A stretch of 64,000 bases of DNA. Source: Candidatus Hydrothermia bacterium (GTDB lineage Bacteria > Hydrothermota > Hydrothermia > UBA1063). Location of the stretch: positions 342,628-406,627 of the forward strand of contig JBNARF010000002.1 of NCBI GenBank assembly GCA_049719805.1. The letters are read 5' to 3'. The notes beneath the pieces are model-generated. The model saw only the letters and a program-made list of their open reading frames with translations, had not been told where the DNA came from and did not search any database. The position numbers were made by a program, and so were the translations under genes. Positions 10,652-19,900 of the stretch are shown in pieces; the stretch's first letter is position 1; every line of letters starts with the position of its first letter.

Positions 10652-11239
10652 ATGAATGGCGTTTTAAATGTTATTATAGCGGGTGTTGGTGGTCAGGGAA
10701 TTTTGACGGCTTCGGAACTTCTTGCTAAAGTTGCCATGGAAGCAGGCTTAGATGCAAAAAAGAGCGAAGTTCACGGTATGTCTCAAAGGGGCGGGAGCGT
10801 GGTAAGTCACGTGAGATTAGGGCCTAAAGTTTATTCTCCCCTTATTGAAAAGGGAGCATGTGATGTAATACTTTCCTTTGAGAAAGCAGAGGCTTTAAGG
10901 TGGATTCACTATTTAAAGCCTAATGCAAAGGTAATTATAAACGATCTTGAAATAATACCTACCACTGTCTCTTTGAAACTTGATAGCTATCCTAAGGATG
11001 TGGAAAAAATCATCAGAGAAAAAGCAAATGCAGAGGTTTATTTAGTACCAGCGACAGAGCTTGCTAAACAAGCCGGTGATGCCAGGACTGCCAATACTGT
11101 TCTTTTGGGGGCTCTTTCCCGTTTTCTACCTTTTGAAGTTGCTCTCTGGGAAAAGGTTATTTCAGAAAATGTCAAGAAAGATACCGTTGAAGTGAATTTG
11201 AGAGCTTTTCATCTCGGTAGAAAACACCTGCAAATTTAA
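10652..11239 (+). CDS. iorB: indolepyruvate:ferredoxin oxidoreductase, beta subunit
   Basis: 195 aa. GVGGQGILTASELLAK, typical of the gamma-type domain of 2-oxoacid:ferredoxin oxidoreductases. Starts 9 nt after iorA. Confidence 0.85.
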   Translation: MNGVLNVIIAGVGGQGILTASELLAKVAMEAGLDAKKSEVHGMSQRGGSVVSHVRLGPKVYSPLIEKGACDVILSFEKAEALRWIHYLKPNAKVIINDLEIIPTTVSLKLDSYPKDVEKIIREKANAEVYLVPATELAKQAGDARTANTVLLGALSRFLPFEVALWEKVISENVKKDTVEVNLRAFHLGRKHLQI

Positions 11240-11253
11240 AAAGGAGTTTTTTG

Positions 11254-12570
11254 ATGGCTAAATATACTTTTAAGGGGGGAATTCACCCACCTTATAATAA
11301 AGTTACTACATCAAAACCCATTGAGAGGCTTTCGGTGCCTCCTGTTCTTTACATTCCTTTAAGCCAACATACTGGCAAGCCCGCAAAACCCGTAGTTAAA
11401 AGGGGTGATGAAGTTAAGAAGGGACAATTGATTGCAGAGGCAGATGGCTTTATATCCGCTAATATCCATGCTCCCACTTCCGGTAAAATACGCACTATTA
11501 TTGACCATCCTCATCCTGTGCTCCTCTCGAGTAGTAATGCCATTATCATTGAGGCCGATGGAAAAGACGAATGGCTTGAAGAACCTAAAGAAAGGGAGAA
11601 TTGGAGGGACCTCTCTGCAGAAGATATAGTTTCAATCGTAAGAAATGCTGGTATTGTAGGACTTGGTGGAGCCGCCTTTCCCACACACGTTAAGCTTTCT
11701 CCACCTAAGGAGAAACCCATCGATACGGTGATAATTAATGGTGCAGAGTGCGAGCCTTATTTGACGGCTGACGATAGAATTTTGCAGGAAAAAGCGTATG
11801 AGGTACTCTGGGGAGCCTATCTCATTAGAAAGGCAGTAAATGCAAAAAAGGTTTATATAGCTGTCGAGGATAACAAACCCAAAGCCATTGAGAAGGTTAA
11901 AGAAGTTATTGGTGAATTCGTTGACTTCGAGCTAAAAGTGGTAAAAACAAAATATCCTGAAGGTGCTGAAAAACAGCTTATTAAGGCTTTAACGGGCCGG
12001 GAAGTGCCCCGTGGTGGGCTTCCCATGGATGTTGGTTGTCTTGTACAGAATGTACAGACTTCACTTGCTATTTATGAGGCTGTGAGGTTTGGAAAACCCC
12101 TTATCGAACGAGTGGTAACATTATCTGGAGACGGTGCCAAGGGTCCAGGTAACTATCTGGTAAGGATAGGGACGAGATTTGCCGATGTAGTAGAAATGAC
12201 CGGCGGTATGGCTGAGAATGTAGTAAAAGTAATAAATGGTGGGCCAATGATGGGAATTGCTCAGTATACCCTGGAAGTTCCTGTGATAAAGGGTACGTCC
12301 GGAATTCTACTTTTCACGCCCAGGGTAGCGAAGGAGTTTAAAGAGTATAGTTGCATTAGATGTTCAAAATGTGTGGACGTGTGTCCTATGGGACTTTTGC
12401 CCCTTATGCTTGTAGATTATGTAAAAGCTAAAAAATTTGTTGAAGCTAAGGAAAATTACGGGCTTCTGGATTGTATTGAATGTGGTTCATGTGCTTTTGT
12501 TTGTCCCTCTAAAATTAATCATGTGCAGTGGATAAAGTTTGGCAAGCAGGAACTCAGGAGGCTATCATGA
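11254..12570 (+). CDS. rnfC: Rnf electron transport complex subunit C
   Basis: FKGGIHPP N-terminus, GLGGAAFPTHVK, NGAECEPYLTADDR, and two 4Fe-4S motifs (CIRCSKCVDVCP, CIECGSCAFVCP). ATG 11254 lies 7 nt after AAAGGAG; the track starts at TTG 11251. Confidence 0.9.
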   Translation: MAKYTFKGGIHPPYNKVTTSKPIERLSVPPVLYIPLSQHTGKPAKPVVKRGDEVKKGQLIAEADGFISANIHAPTSGKIRTIIDHPHPVLLSSSNAIIIEADGKDEWLEEPKERENWRDLSAEDIVSIVRNAGIVGLGGAAFPTHVKLSPPKEKPIDTVIINGAECEPYLTADDRILQEKAYEVLWGAYLIRKAVNAKKVYIAVEDNKPKAIEKVKEVIGEFVDFELKVVKTKYPEGAEKQLIKALTGREVPRGGLPMDVGCLVQNVQTSLAIYEAVRFGKPLIERVVTLSGDGAKGPGNYLVRIGTRFADVVEMTGGMAENVVKVINGGPMMGIAQYTLEVPVIKGTSGILLFTPRVAKEFKEYSCIRCSKCVDVCPMGLLPLMLVDYVKAKKFVEAKENYGLLDCIECGSCAFVCPSKINHVQWIKFGKQELRRLS

Positions 12571-13520
12571 CGAACAGCTTTATTCTGTCAGTATCTCCCC
12601 ATTTAAGAACAAATGAGAGCGTAAAAAAGGTAATGTGGTTTACAGTTTTTACGCTGGTATTCCCTGCTGCAGGAGCCGTATATTTCTTCGGTTTTTACCC
12701 CCTTCTGGTTATGCTTGTTAGCGCTCTGACGGCGGTATTAGCAGAAGCAGTTACATTAAAACTAAGGGGTAGAGACGTTTCTCAATGCCTTGATGGAAGT
12801 GCTGTAATTACCGGTATTCTTTTAGCTCTCACCTTGCCGCCCAAATATCCCCTCTGGGAAGCTGCTCTTGGTTCTGCTTTTGCCATAGTCTTTGCCAAGC
12901 AATTTTTTGGTGGGATAGGGCAGAATATTTTTAACCCCGCACTTATTGGGAGGGCTTTCCTCATGGCTTCATTCCCTACTGACACCACCACCTGGGTTCC
13001 CACGAGATTTATGAATCCTGATACCTTTACAGGTGCTACACCTTTAGCAACCTTTAAGTTTAGCAAGATTATGACACCTTATAAGGATCTATTCTTTGGA
13101 AATGTTTCCGGGAGTATGGGTGAAACTTCAGCCCTTTTGATTTTGATTGGTGGTCTCATTCTAATCCTCAAAGGTTACGTAGACTGGCGATTACCTTTAT
13201 CTTATATTGTCTCCACTGCTTTCTTTGGTGGAATTCTCTGGCTAATTAATCCAAGTAAATTTCCTGATCCCCTCTTCCACATCTTGGCTGGTGGGCTTAT
13301 GCTGGGAGCTTTTTATATGATTACTGATATGGTAACTTCACCAATTACTCCACGGGGTAGAGTGATCTATGGAATTATCGCTGGCTTTCTCGTGGTACTT
13401 ATAAGGCTTTTCTCGGGGTATCCTGAGGGAGTAATGTTTAGTATTTTGATTTCCAATACTATAAGGCCCTGGATTGATAGAATGGCAAAACCCAGAATTT
13501 TGGGGGAGGTCAGGAAATGA
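12567..13520 (+). CDS. rnfD: Rnf complex subunit D (membrane, FMN-carrying)
   Basis: Polytopic NqrB/RnfD-like protein with SPHL..., FFGGIGQNIFNPAL and MITDMVTSP motifs. Start taken at ATG 12567 (ATGA overlap with the rnfC stop), not the track extension at 12528. Confidence 0.9.
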   Translation: MTNSFILSVSPHLRTNESVKKVMWFTVFTLVFPAAGAVYFFGFYPLLVMLVSALTAVLAEAVTLKLRGRDVSQCLDGSAVITGILLALTLPPKYPLWEAALGSAFAIVFAKQFFGGIGQNIFNPALIGRAFLMASFPTDTTTWVPTRFMNPDTFTGATPLATFKFSKIMTPYKDLFFGNVSGSMGETSALLILIGGLILILKGYVDWRLPLSYIVSTAFFGGILWLINPSKFPDPLFHILAGGLMLGAFYMITDMVTSPITPRGRVIYGIIAGFLVVLIRLFSGYPEGVMFSILISNTIRPWIDRMAKPRILGEVRK

Positions 13521-14491
13521 AAAAAGAGTATCAGATGATAATTGTGCTTACGGCCATAATTGGGTTTGCAGGTGGTATTCTGGCTTATACTTACGTGGCA
13601 ACAAGTAAAGATATCGAGAAAAATACTAATGAGGCAAAGAGAAAGGCCCTTGTAAGCGTTGTCCAGGGTGTCTCCACTTATGATGAATCTAAGATAGATG
13701 ATAACACTTTTATTTTAACTGCAAAAGATTCTGCTGGTAACGTTGTGGGTTATGGGGTGATGTTATCTGGTGGTGGATTCCAGGGACCCATAAAAATTAT
13801 GGTGGGTTTTGATAAGGACGTGAAAAAAGTGCTCGGAATTGAGATACTTGAGAATTCAGAGACTCCAGGTCTTGGAAATAGAATAGTTGAGAACTGGTTC
13901 AAGGAGCAATTTAAGGGTAAGATACCACCGCTTAGTGCTGTGAAAGGGAGAGCTCCTGAAAATGAAAGGGAGATTCAAGCTATAACAGGTGCGACAATAT
14001 CTTCTAAATCGGTTACCAACATCGTTAACAGGGCTCAAGAAGTGTTAAGAAGTTTCCTGAAAGGTGGTGAGCAAACTTCAGAATATGAGAAAGCTGTCCT
14101 TGAATCTTCCAGCAAAATTTTTGGGGAAGAAGCAAAGGTCGAGAAAAAGGGTGAAATTTTCATAATCAGAGACAAATCGGGGGAAATTTTAGGCTATGCT
14201 TGCATTTCTAAAGCTCTGGGATATGAGGATACCATAACAGTGCTTGTATTATCGGATAGCCTTATTTCTAAGGTTATTGATGTAAAGGTAATTAAGGGGG
14301 CAGAATACTTTACCAATGAAAAGAAGATTTCCCCGCTTCTTGACAAGATAAAAGTAAGTAAACCACCCATTACTTTGAAGGAGATTCAAACTGTGACAGG
14401 TGCGACAATTACCCAAGACGCTATCGTTTCAGCTGTAAATAGTGCTTTTGAAAATTTGAAAAAAGGAGTTAATTTAAATGGCATCAAATAA
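13517..14491 (+). CDS. rnfG: Rnf complex subunit G, unusually long, with two FMN_bind-type modules
   Basis: N-terminal TM helix, ETPGLG motif, and two flavinylation-type motifs: ITGATIS (aa 156-162) and VTGATIT (aa 293-299). 324 aa against roughly 200 aa for the RnfG proteins I know. Confidence 0.85.
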   Translation: MKKEYQMIIVLTAIIGFAGGILAYTYVATSKDIEKNTNEAKRKALVSVVQGVSTYDESKIDDNTFILTAKDSAGNVVGYGVMLSGGGFQGPIKIMVGFDKDVKKVLGIEILENSETPGLGNRIVENWFKEQFKGKIPPLSAVKGRAPENEREIQAITGATISSKSVTNIVNRAQEVLRSFLKGGEQTSEYEKAVLESSSKIFGEEAKVEKKGEIFIIRDKSGEILGYACISKALGYEDTITVLVLSDSLISKVIDVKVIKGAEYFTNEKKISPLLDKIKVSKPPITLKEIQTVTGATITQDAIVSAVNSAFENLKKGVNLNGIK

Positions 14492-15083
14492 TAAAAGTTT
14501 AAGTAGCGAATTTTTTAAAGGGTTTTTCAGAGAAAACCCTGTATTAGTTCAGCTTTTGGGGCTCTGCTCGGTACTTGCTGTATCAAATGCGGTGGTAAAT
14601 AGTATATCCATGGGACTCTCGGTACTTTTTGTTCTCTTTTTCTCATCCTTTGTAATTGGGCTAATAAAGGATTTTATACCCAATGAGGTCAGGATACCAT
14701 CATTTATCGTGGTAATTGCGACCTTCGTTACCATAGCAGATCTATTCCTTAAGGCAAAGTTTCCAGATATATCTAAAGCCCTTGGTCCATATATACCTCT
14801 AATAGTTGTTAATTGTATAATCCTTGGAAGGCAGGAAGCTTTTACAAGGAAGAATAAGCTTATTCCTTCTATTATGGATGCCCTGGGAATGAGCATCGGC
14901 TACATAATAGCAATTTTGCTCATGGGCATAATACGAGAAATACTGGGCTTCGGTACTTTACTGGGTTTCAAAATATTGGGTTCCTGGTACAAGCCCATCC
15001 TTGTAATGATTTTGCCCCCTGGTGCCTTCTTAACCCTGGCTATGTTAATTGGAATGATGAATTTTATTACTAAAAAGGAATAG
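14478..15083 (+). CDS. rnfE: Rnf complex subunit E
   Basis: NqrD/RnfE-like: NPVLVQLLGLCSVLAVS, LGPYIPLIVVNCIILGR. Confidence 0.9.
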   Translation: MASNNKSLSSEFFKGFFRENPVLVQLLGLCSVLAVSNAVVNSISMGLSVLFVLFFSSFVIGLIKDFIPNEVRIPSFIVVIATFVTIADLFLKAKFPDISKALGPYIPLIVVNCIILGRQEAFTRKNKLIPSIMDALGMSIGYIIAILLMGIIREILGFGTLLGFKILGSWYKPILVMILPPGAFLTLAMLIGMMNFITKKE

Positions 15084-15092
15084 GAGGAATTT

Positions 15093-15677
15093 ATGTTAAG
15101 GCCTTTAATAATATTCTTTGCCGCATCAATAACGAATAACTTTATTTTGACTTACTTTTTAGGCTTATGTCCTTTCCTTGGAGTTTCTGCAAGGGTTTCA
15201 TCAGCCATTGGGATGGGTTTCGCAGCCACCTTTGTTATGACTATGACAGCAATTATTACTAATCTCCTGGATCATCTCGTCTTGAGGCCTTTACACCTGG
15301 ACTTCTTGCAAATTATCGTATTTATCTTTGTCATCGCCGTTCTTGTTCAGTTTGTGGAGATGGTTATTAAGAAAACTTCACCAGCTTTATACAAGGCACT
15401 GGGTATATTTCTTCCCCTTATTACTACCAATTGTATCGTGTTAGGTCTTGCACTTCTTGGCTCTATGAGAAATTACAACTTAATTGAGAATACCTTTTTC
15501 GGATTTGGTGCCGGTGTTGGCTTTACTATAGCACTCCTCCTTATAGCGGGAATAAGGGAAGAACTTGAAGTGAGGGATGTACCTAAGGCACTTAGGGGTG
15601 CTCCGATTACCCTTATAATTGCAGGTCTTATGGCTTTTGCTTTTATGGGATTTTCTGGTATTATCTCTTTGCAATAG
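15093..15677 (+). CDS. rnfA: Rnf complex subunit A
   Basis: NqrE/RnfA-like: NNFILTYFLGLCPFLGVS, LGIFLPLITTNCIVLG. Confidence 0.9.
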   Translation: MLRPLIIFFAASITNNFILTYFLGLCPFLGVSARVSSAIGMGFAATFVMTMTAIITNLLDHLVLRPLHLDFLQIIVFIFVIAVLVQFVEMVIKKTSPALYKALGIFLPLITTNCIVLGLALLGSMRNYNLIENTFFGFGAGVGFTIALLLIAGIREELEVRDVPKALRGAPITLIIAGLMAFAFMGFSGIISLQ

Positions 15678-15687
15678 GAGGAATGAT

Positions 15688-16512
15688 ATGTCTACTCTTA
15701 TCGCAAGTATTGTTTTGTCTTTAGGGCTGGGACTCTTTTTTGCAATATTTCTTGTGATATCTTATAAGAAGCTTGCTGTGCATGAAGATCCCAGGGTTGA
15801 GCTTATTCTTGAGAGGCTTCCGGGTGCGAACTGTGGTGCCTGTGGATACCCTGGCTGTGCGGGCTATGCGGAAGCTCTTGCTTCGGGGAAAGAGACTAAC
15901 GTTGCAAAATGTGCTCCAGGTGGTCAGGATGTTGCCAATCAAGTGGCCCATATTCTTGGGCTCGATGCTGTGAGCGTTGAGAAAAAAGTAGCCAAATTGA
16001 TGTGCCGTGGTTCCGTGGAAAATGCCGTAAGAAGGGCAAACTATAATGGGATATCTTCATGTAGAGTTGCTGATTTTACCCTTAAAGGGGATAAAGGATG
16101 TGTATATGGTTGTCTCGGTTTGGGGGATTGTGTAGCAGCTTGTAAATTTGGTGCGATGTACATGGGAGAAGATGGTCTTCCTCACATCATAGAGGAAAAG
16201 TGCACTGCTTGTGGTAAATGTGTTGAAGCATGTCCCAGGGGACTTCTAGAATTGGTTCCAGTAACCCGGAAAGTTTTCGTTTTCTGCAAAAGTTTAGATA
16301 GGGGACCGGTGGCTAAAAGTTATTGCAAAGTAGCCTGCATCGGTTGTGGACTCTGTGTAAAAGCTGCACCTGAAGGAAGTATGAAGCTTGAAAATAATCT
16401 TGCAATAATCATAGATCCAGAAAGGGTTGATGAAAAAGCTGAGGATATAATAAAACCCTGTCCCACTGGTGCTATAACTCTTGATGAAAAGTTTGCAACT
16501 GTGAAATCATGA
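15688..16512 (+). CDS. rnfB: Rnf complex subunit B (polyferredoxin)
   Basis: N-terminal TM helix, LPGANCGACGYPGCAGYAEAL cluster, and several CxxCxxCxxxCP motifs. ATG 15688 follows AGGAGG (15676-15681). The track extension from 15619 overlaps rnfA. Confidence 0.9.
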   Translation: MSTLIASIVLSLGLGLFFAIFLVISYKKLAVHEDPRVELILERLPGANCGACGYPGCAGYAEALASGKETNVAKCAPGGQDVANQVAHILGLDAVSVEKKVAKLMCRGSVENAVRRANYNGISSCRVADFTLKGDKGCVYGCLGLGDCVAACKFGAMYMGEDGLPHIIEEKCTACGKCVEACPRGLLELVPVTRKVFVFCKSLDRGPVAKSYCKVACIGCGLCVKAAPEGSMKLENNLAIIIDPERVDEKAEDIIKPCPTGAITLDEKFATVKS

Positions 16513-16925
16513 GTGAAAAAATAAAAGGAATTATAGTTTCGAAGAAAAGTGAAAAGACATATCTGGTTAAGATACTGAAAGAAGGTGGTTGTGCTTCATG
16601 TACACTATCTAAGTTCTGTAGCCTTGGTAAATCAGAGGATTCTGAAAACTTAATTGAAGTGACCGGCGAGAATCTAAAGGTAGGTGACCTGGTAAGTATT
16701 GAGGAAAGAACTTCAGGGATTATGATTGCTAGTTTTCTCATTTTTATTGTGCCTATTATTTTTTTTATAGTTGGATATTACGTCGGGAAATGCATAGGCT
16801 TGTCAGAACCGCTAAGAACGGTATGTGGCTTTTTCCTTCTCAGTGTTTATATGTTAATTCTTCATTTTCTTGACAGGAAACTCAAAGAAATACTTTTCAG
16901 TTTTAAGATAAAGCGAGTTCTTTAA
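16509..16925 (+). CDS. RseC/MucC-like (SoxR-reducing-system type) small membrane protein
   Basis: N-terminal beta region with a Cys pair (GGCASCTLSKFC), then two TM helices. ATGA overlap with rnfB, the usual genomic partner of this family. Confidence 0.65.
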   Translation: MSEKIKGIIVSKKSEKTYLVKILKEGGCASCTLSKFCSLGKSEDSENLIEVTGENLKVGDLVSIEERTSGIMIASFLIFIVPIIFFIVGYYVGKCIGLSEPLRTVCGFFLLSVYMLILHFLDRKLKEILFSFKIKRVL

Positions 16926-19900
16926 GGTCACTATAAAGGAGTTGGGATAGCTTGTCTGTGTAGAATTGGGAAACATCTACTTTTTTGTTTTTTAGCTCCT
17001 CAGCAAGCATTCTGTACATTACGACCTCACAGTATTTATTTTCTGTTTTTTGAATGAGATCAGCAGTTTCACTTATGGTTTTTTCTGCTTTTTCCAACTC
17101 ATGTGATATTAATAATCCCCTTATCTCAGCTATTCTGAGGAGAAGTTTTTGTTTTAAGTTCAGCCTTGATTCATTATTCTTAAGCTCTACCAGTTGTTTT
17201 TGATGGAACTTTCCAAAAATCAGTTCGAAAAGCAGAATGTCGAAATATTGTTTCATAAGATGACTGCTTTTTGCGCGTTGCAAGATGGATTCAAGATCTA
17301 TTTCTACTTGACTTTTCGACAACAGGGACAACGCATACATCGATGTGGAAATCGCCAGTTCGCTTAGAAGGTCTTGTAGGGCAACGGATTCTTTTAGAAG
17401 AGGTAAGAGAATCCCGATGTACTCTTCGGGATTTTGAGAAAATACAACAAGTGCCTCACTTATTGATGCTATAGCGATCTTCTTTGTGCGAGGGTCTTTG
17501 CACGTAGAAATATGTTTTGCAATCCTTTTTAAACTGGTTATATCACCCAGCATTGTATAAACTGGTATTAGGTAACTTGCTGCTCTCTCGAAAGCAAATG
17601 GATAATTTTCTTTTTGTGAAGTATCGAGAATTTCCTCTAATTTTTCAGCATGATACCTGTAGTCTCCAAGGTACGCTTTAACACCATGAAATATAGCTTT
17701 GAAGGCTAAAATGTCTTTTGTAAGTCCCAATTCTTCACAGTTTTCGATCGCTCTCTCAAGATAATTGATAGCCAGGGTATACTCACCGTAGTTAACATAA
17801 ATCATTGCCAGGTTGTAATATGAATGATGTAGTAGGTGTTTTAAATTTTCTCTTCGTATAATCTCTAAGGCTTTTTCATGTGTGATTCTCGCACGTTCCA
17901 GATCCTGTACTGCGTACTGAAGGGTCGCATAATTATGCATAATGGCAGCAAGATAGTCCGGTTTATCTGTAAGTCTTGCATGGTAAATTGCTGATTCTAA
18001 ATATGAAAGTGCTTTATCATATTTTCTAAGTTGTCTGTAGCATTTACCCAGATTTGCGTAAGCTTTTGCTAATATTTCGTGATTTTCTTCTTCTTTTTGA
18101 AGCTCCGGGATTTCCTCCAGAATAAGAATTGCTTCTGTTAGATTTTTTTGAAAATCCAGGTAGTAGAGAGCTTTGAATATTAAAGCGTTCGAGAGAATAT
18201 CTTTATCGCCCAGTTCATTTGCAAGTTTTTCGATCTCTTGAACATTTAGTAAAAGATCCGTCTGATATTGTTTTTCATGCTGAATCCATGCAATATCTAA
18301 GCGAATTAATGCTTCTTGATATTTTTCAGCGTATTTTTGTGCAAGTTCGAGGGCCTGATTGAGTTTCTGCATACTTTCGTGGTACTCGCCTTCATATCTG
18401 AGACATAGTGCCCAATTTCTTAGTAAAGAAATTTTCTCAGCAATGGTTAATCTATGTTCAGCAATGTTAAAAATTCTCTGAATGTGAATTATAGCCTTTT
18501 TGAAATTTCTTTGCTTAATTTCATTTTTAACGAGAAGTTCGAGATAGGGAATAGCTTTGTTTTCCATCCCGCTTTCGATATAATGTTCGTACAAAACATT
18601 TGGGCTGAGTCTGTATGTTTCCTCAGGATTCTCTTCCAGGGCTCTAACTATTTTGTAATGCATGCTGATTCTTTTTTCTTTAGGAATCTGTGAAATAATT
18701 ATTTCCCTGATAAAGGGGCTTGTGAACCTGTAGAGGTTATAAGGGATAATTTCCTCTATGTAACCATTTCTGGTGAGATTCTCAAAAATTTCAAGTAGCT
18801 GATTAGGAGGGTAATTAGTTATTGCCGAAATTATAGATGTTGTAAAGTCCATATTATATAGGGCGCAATAATCTATAACTTCCTTTTCTTGTGGCGTAAG
18901 GCCTGCCAATTCTTCGACCAGAGGAAGGAGGAAGTTTTCTGTATCAACGTAATAAGAATCTGTAATAAGGAAGTGGTCTTCATGGGGGATGATTTTTCTA
19001 GAAATCAAGAGTGTATTTAACAGTTTATTAATGTAAAAAGGTCTTCCCCCTGTTTTAACCATAACCCAGTCAATGAATTCATCAGGTGGGTCAACTCGCA
19101 AAAGCTGCCATAATATAGTTTTGACTTCTTCTCTTTTTAAGGGTGTTATGTCAAAGAAATGTAGCTCCCCGTATACTCCTTTTAGGGCTTCTTCGAGGAA
19201 ATTTTTCGATCTCTTTGAAATGATAAAAGAGATATTTCTTGTTAATTCATCTTTAAGTATGTTTACTAGTGTTTTAGTACATTTTTGAGTCATTAAATGC
19301 CCATTGTCAATTGCAATTACAGTGTGTTTAGGTTCGAGTTTTTTCAAAATCTCCAGGGTTATAGAGAGCAATTTTAATTCACTTATTGTCAAAGTGACTT
19401 CATCTTGTACAAGCTCCGGGAGAATAGCGCCTACTACTCTTTTCTGGTTCTCGTCCAGTTCTTTAACAAATTCAGGTGTCAAAATTTCTCTAAGGAGTGC
19501 TTTAATAAGCGGAAATGGTGATAATAGATCTTTCTCTTCAATAGTGACTTTGATGAATTCGATGTCCAGTAATTTTGAGATTTTTCCTATTTCTTCAATT
19601 ATTCTGGTAATTCCGATACCCTTCATGCCCCTTAATATCGCAATAAATCTTCTGTTCGAATTTCTAAAATCGTTTAATAGTTTGGTGAAAGCGTTAATCT
19701 CTGTTTCTCTTCCAATAATACGGAGGTTTGAGAGTGAAAGATCAAGTATTTCTTCTTTAGGTTCTGATTTGGTAACAATTTTACCTCTTCCCATTTTTTT
19801 GCTGTTTAAGGCTCGTTCGTCGGCTGTTTTTAATAGTTCATCTGCTGTCAAACCATCTATGGGGAATTGAGATATCCCCATGCTGATGGATATCTTTAGA

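Noticed and set aside
11432-11720. 65-aa plus-strand and 69-aa minus-strand ORFs inside rnfC
   Set aside because: They are alternative-frame or antisense ORFs within a gene that has continuous RnfC motifs. They have no independent signals.
12528-12566. N-terminal extensions proposed by the ORF track for rnfD (12528), rnfB (15619), nadC (27628), nadX (28473), DUF167 (20242), the flavoprotein (57683), the propeller gene (40150) and rpmD (2205)
   Set aside because: The extensions overlap the preceding gene or a promoter and lack SD sites. Internal ATG or GTG codons sit at ATGA junctions, or at proper SD or promoter spacing, and coincide with the start of the conserved domain.
19304-19870. 188-aa plus-strand ORF (with others at 17271, 18454 and 19073) inside the GGDEF-STAND-TPR gene
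   Set aside because: It is antisense to a gene with clear domain motifs. The product is low-complexity Ser/Phe/Ile-rich sequence, it has no SD, and it is typical of the shadow frames of AT-rich coding DNA.
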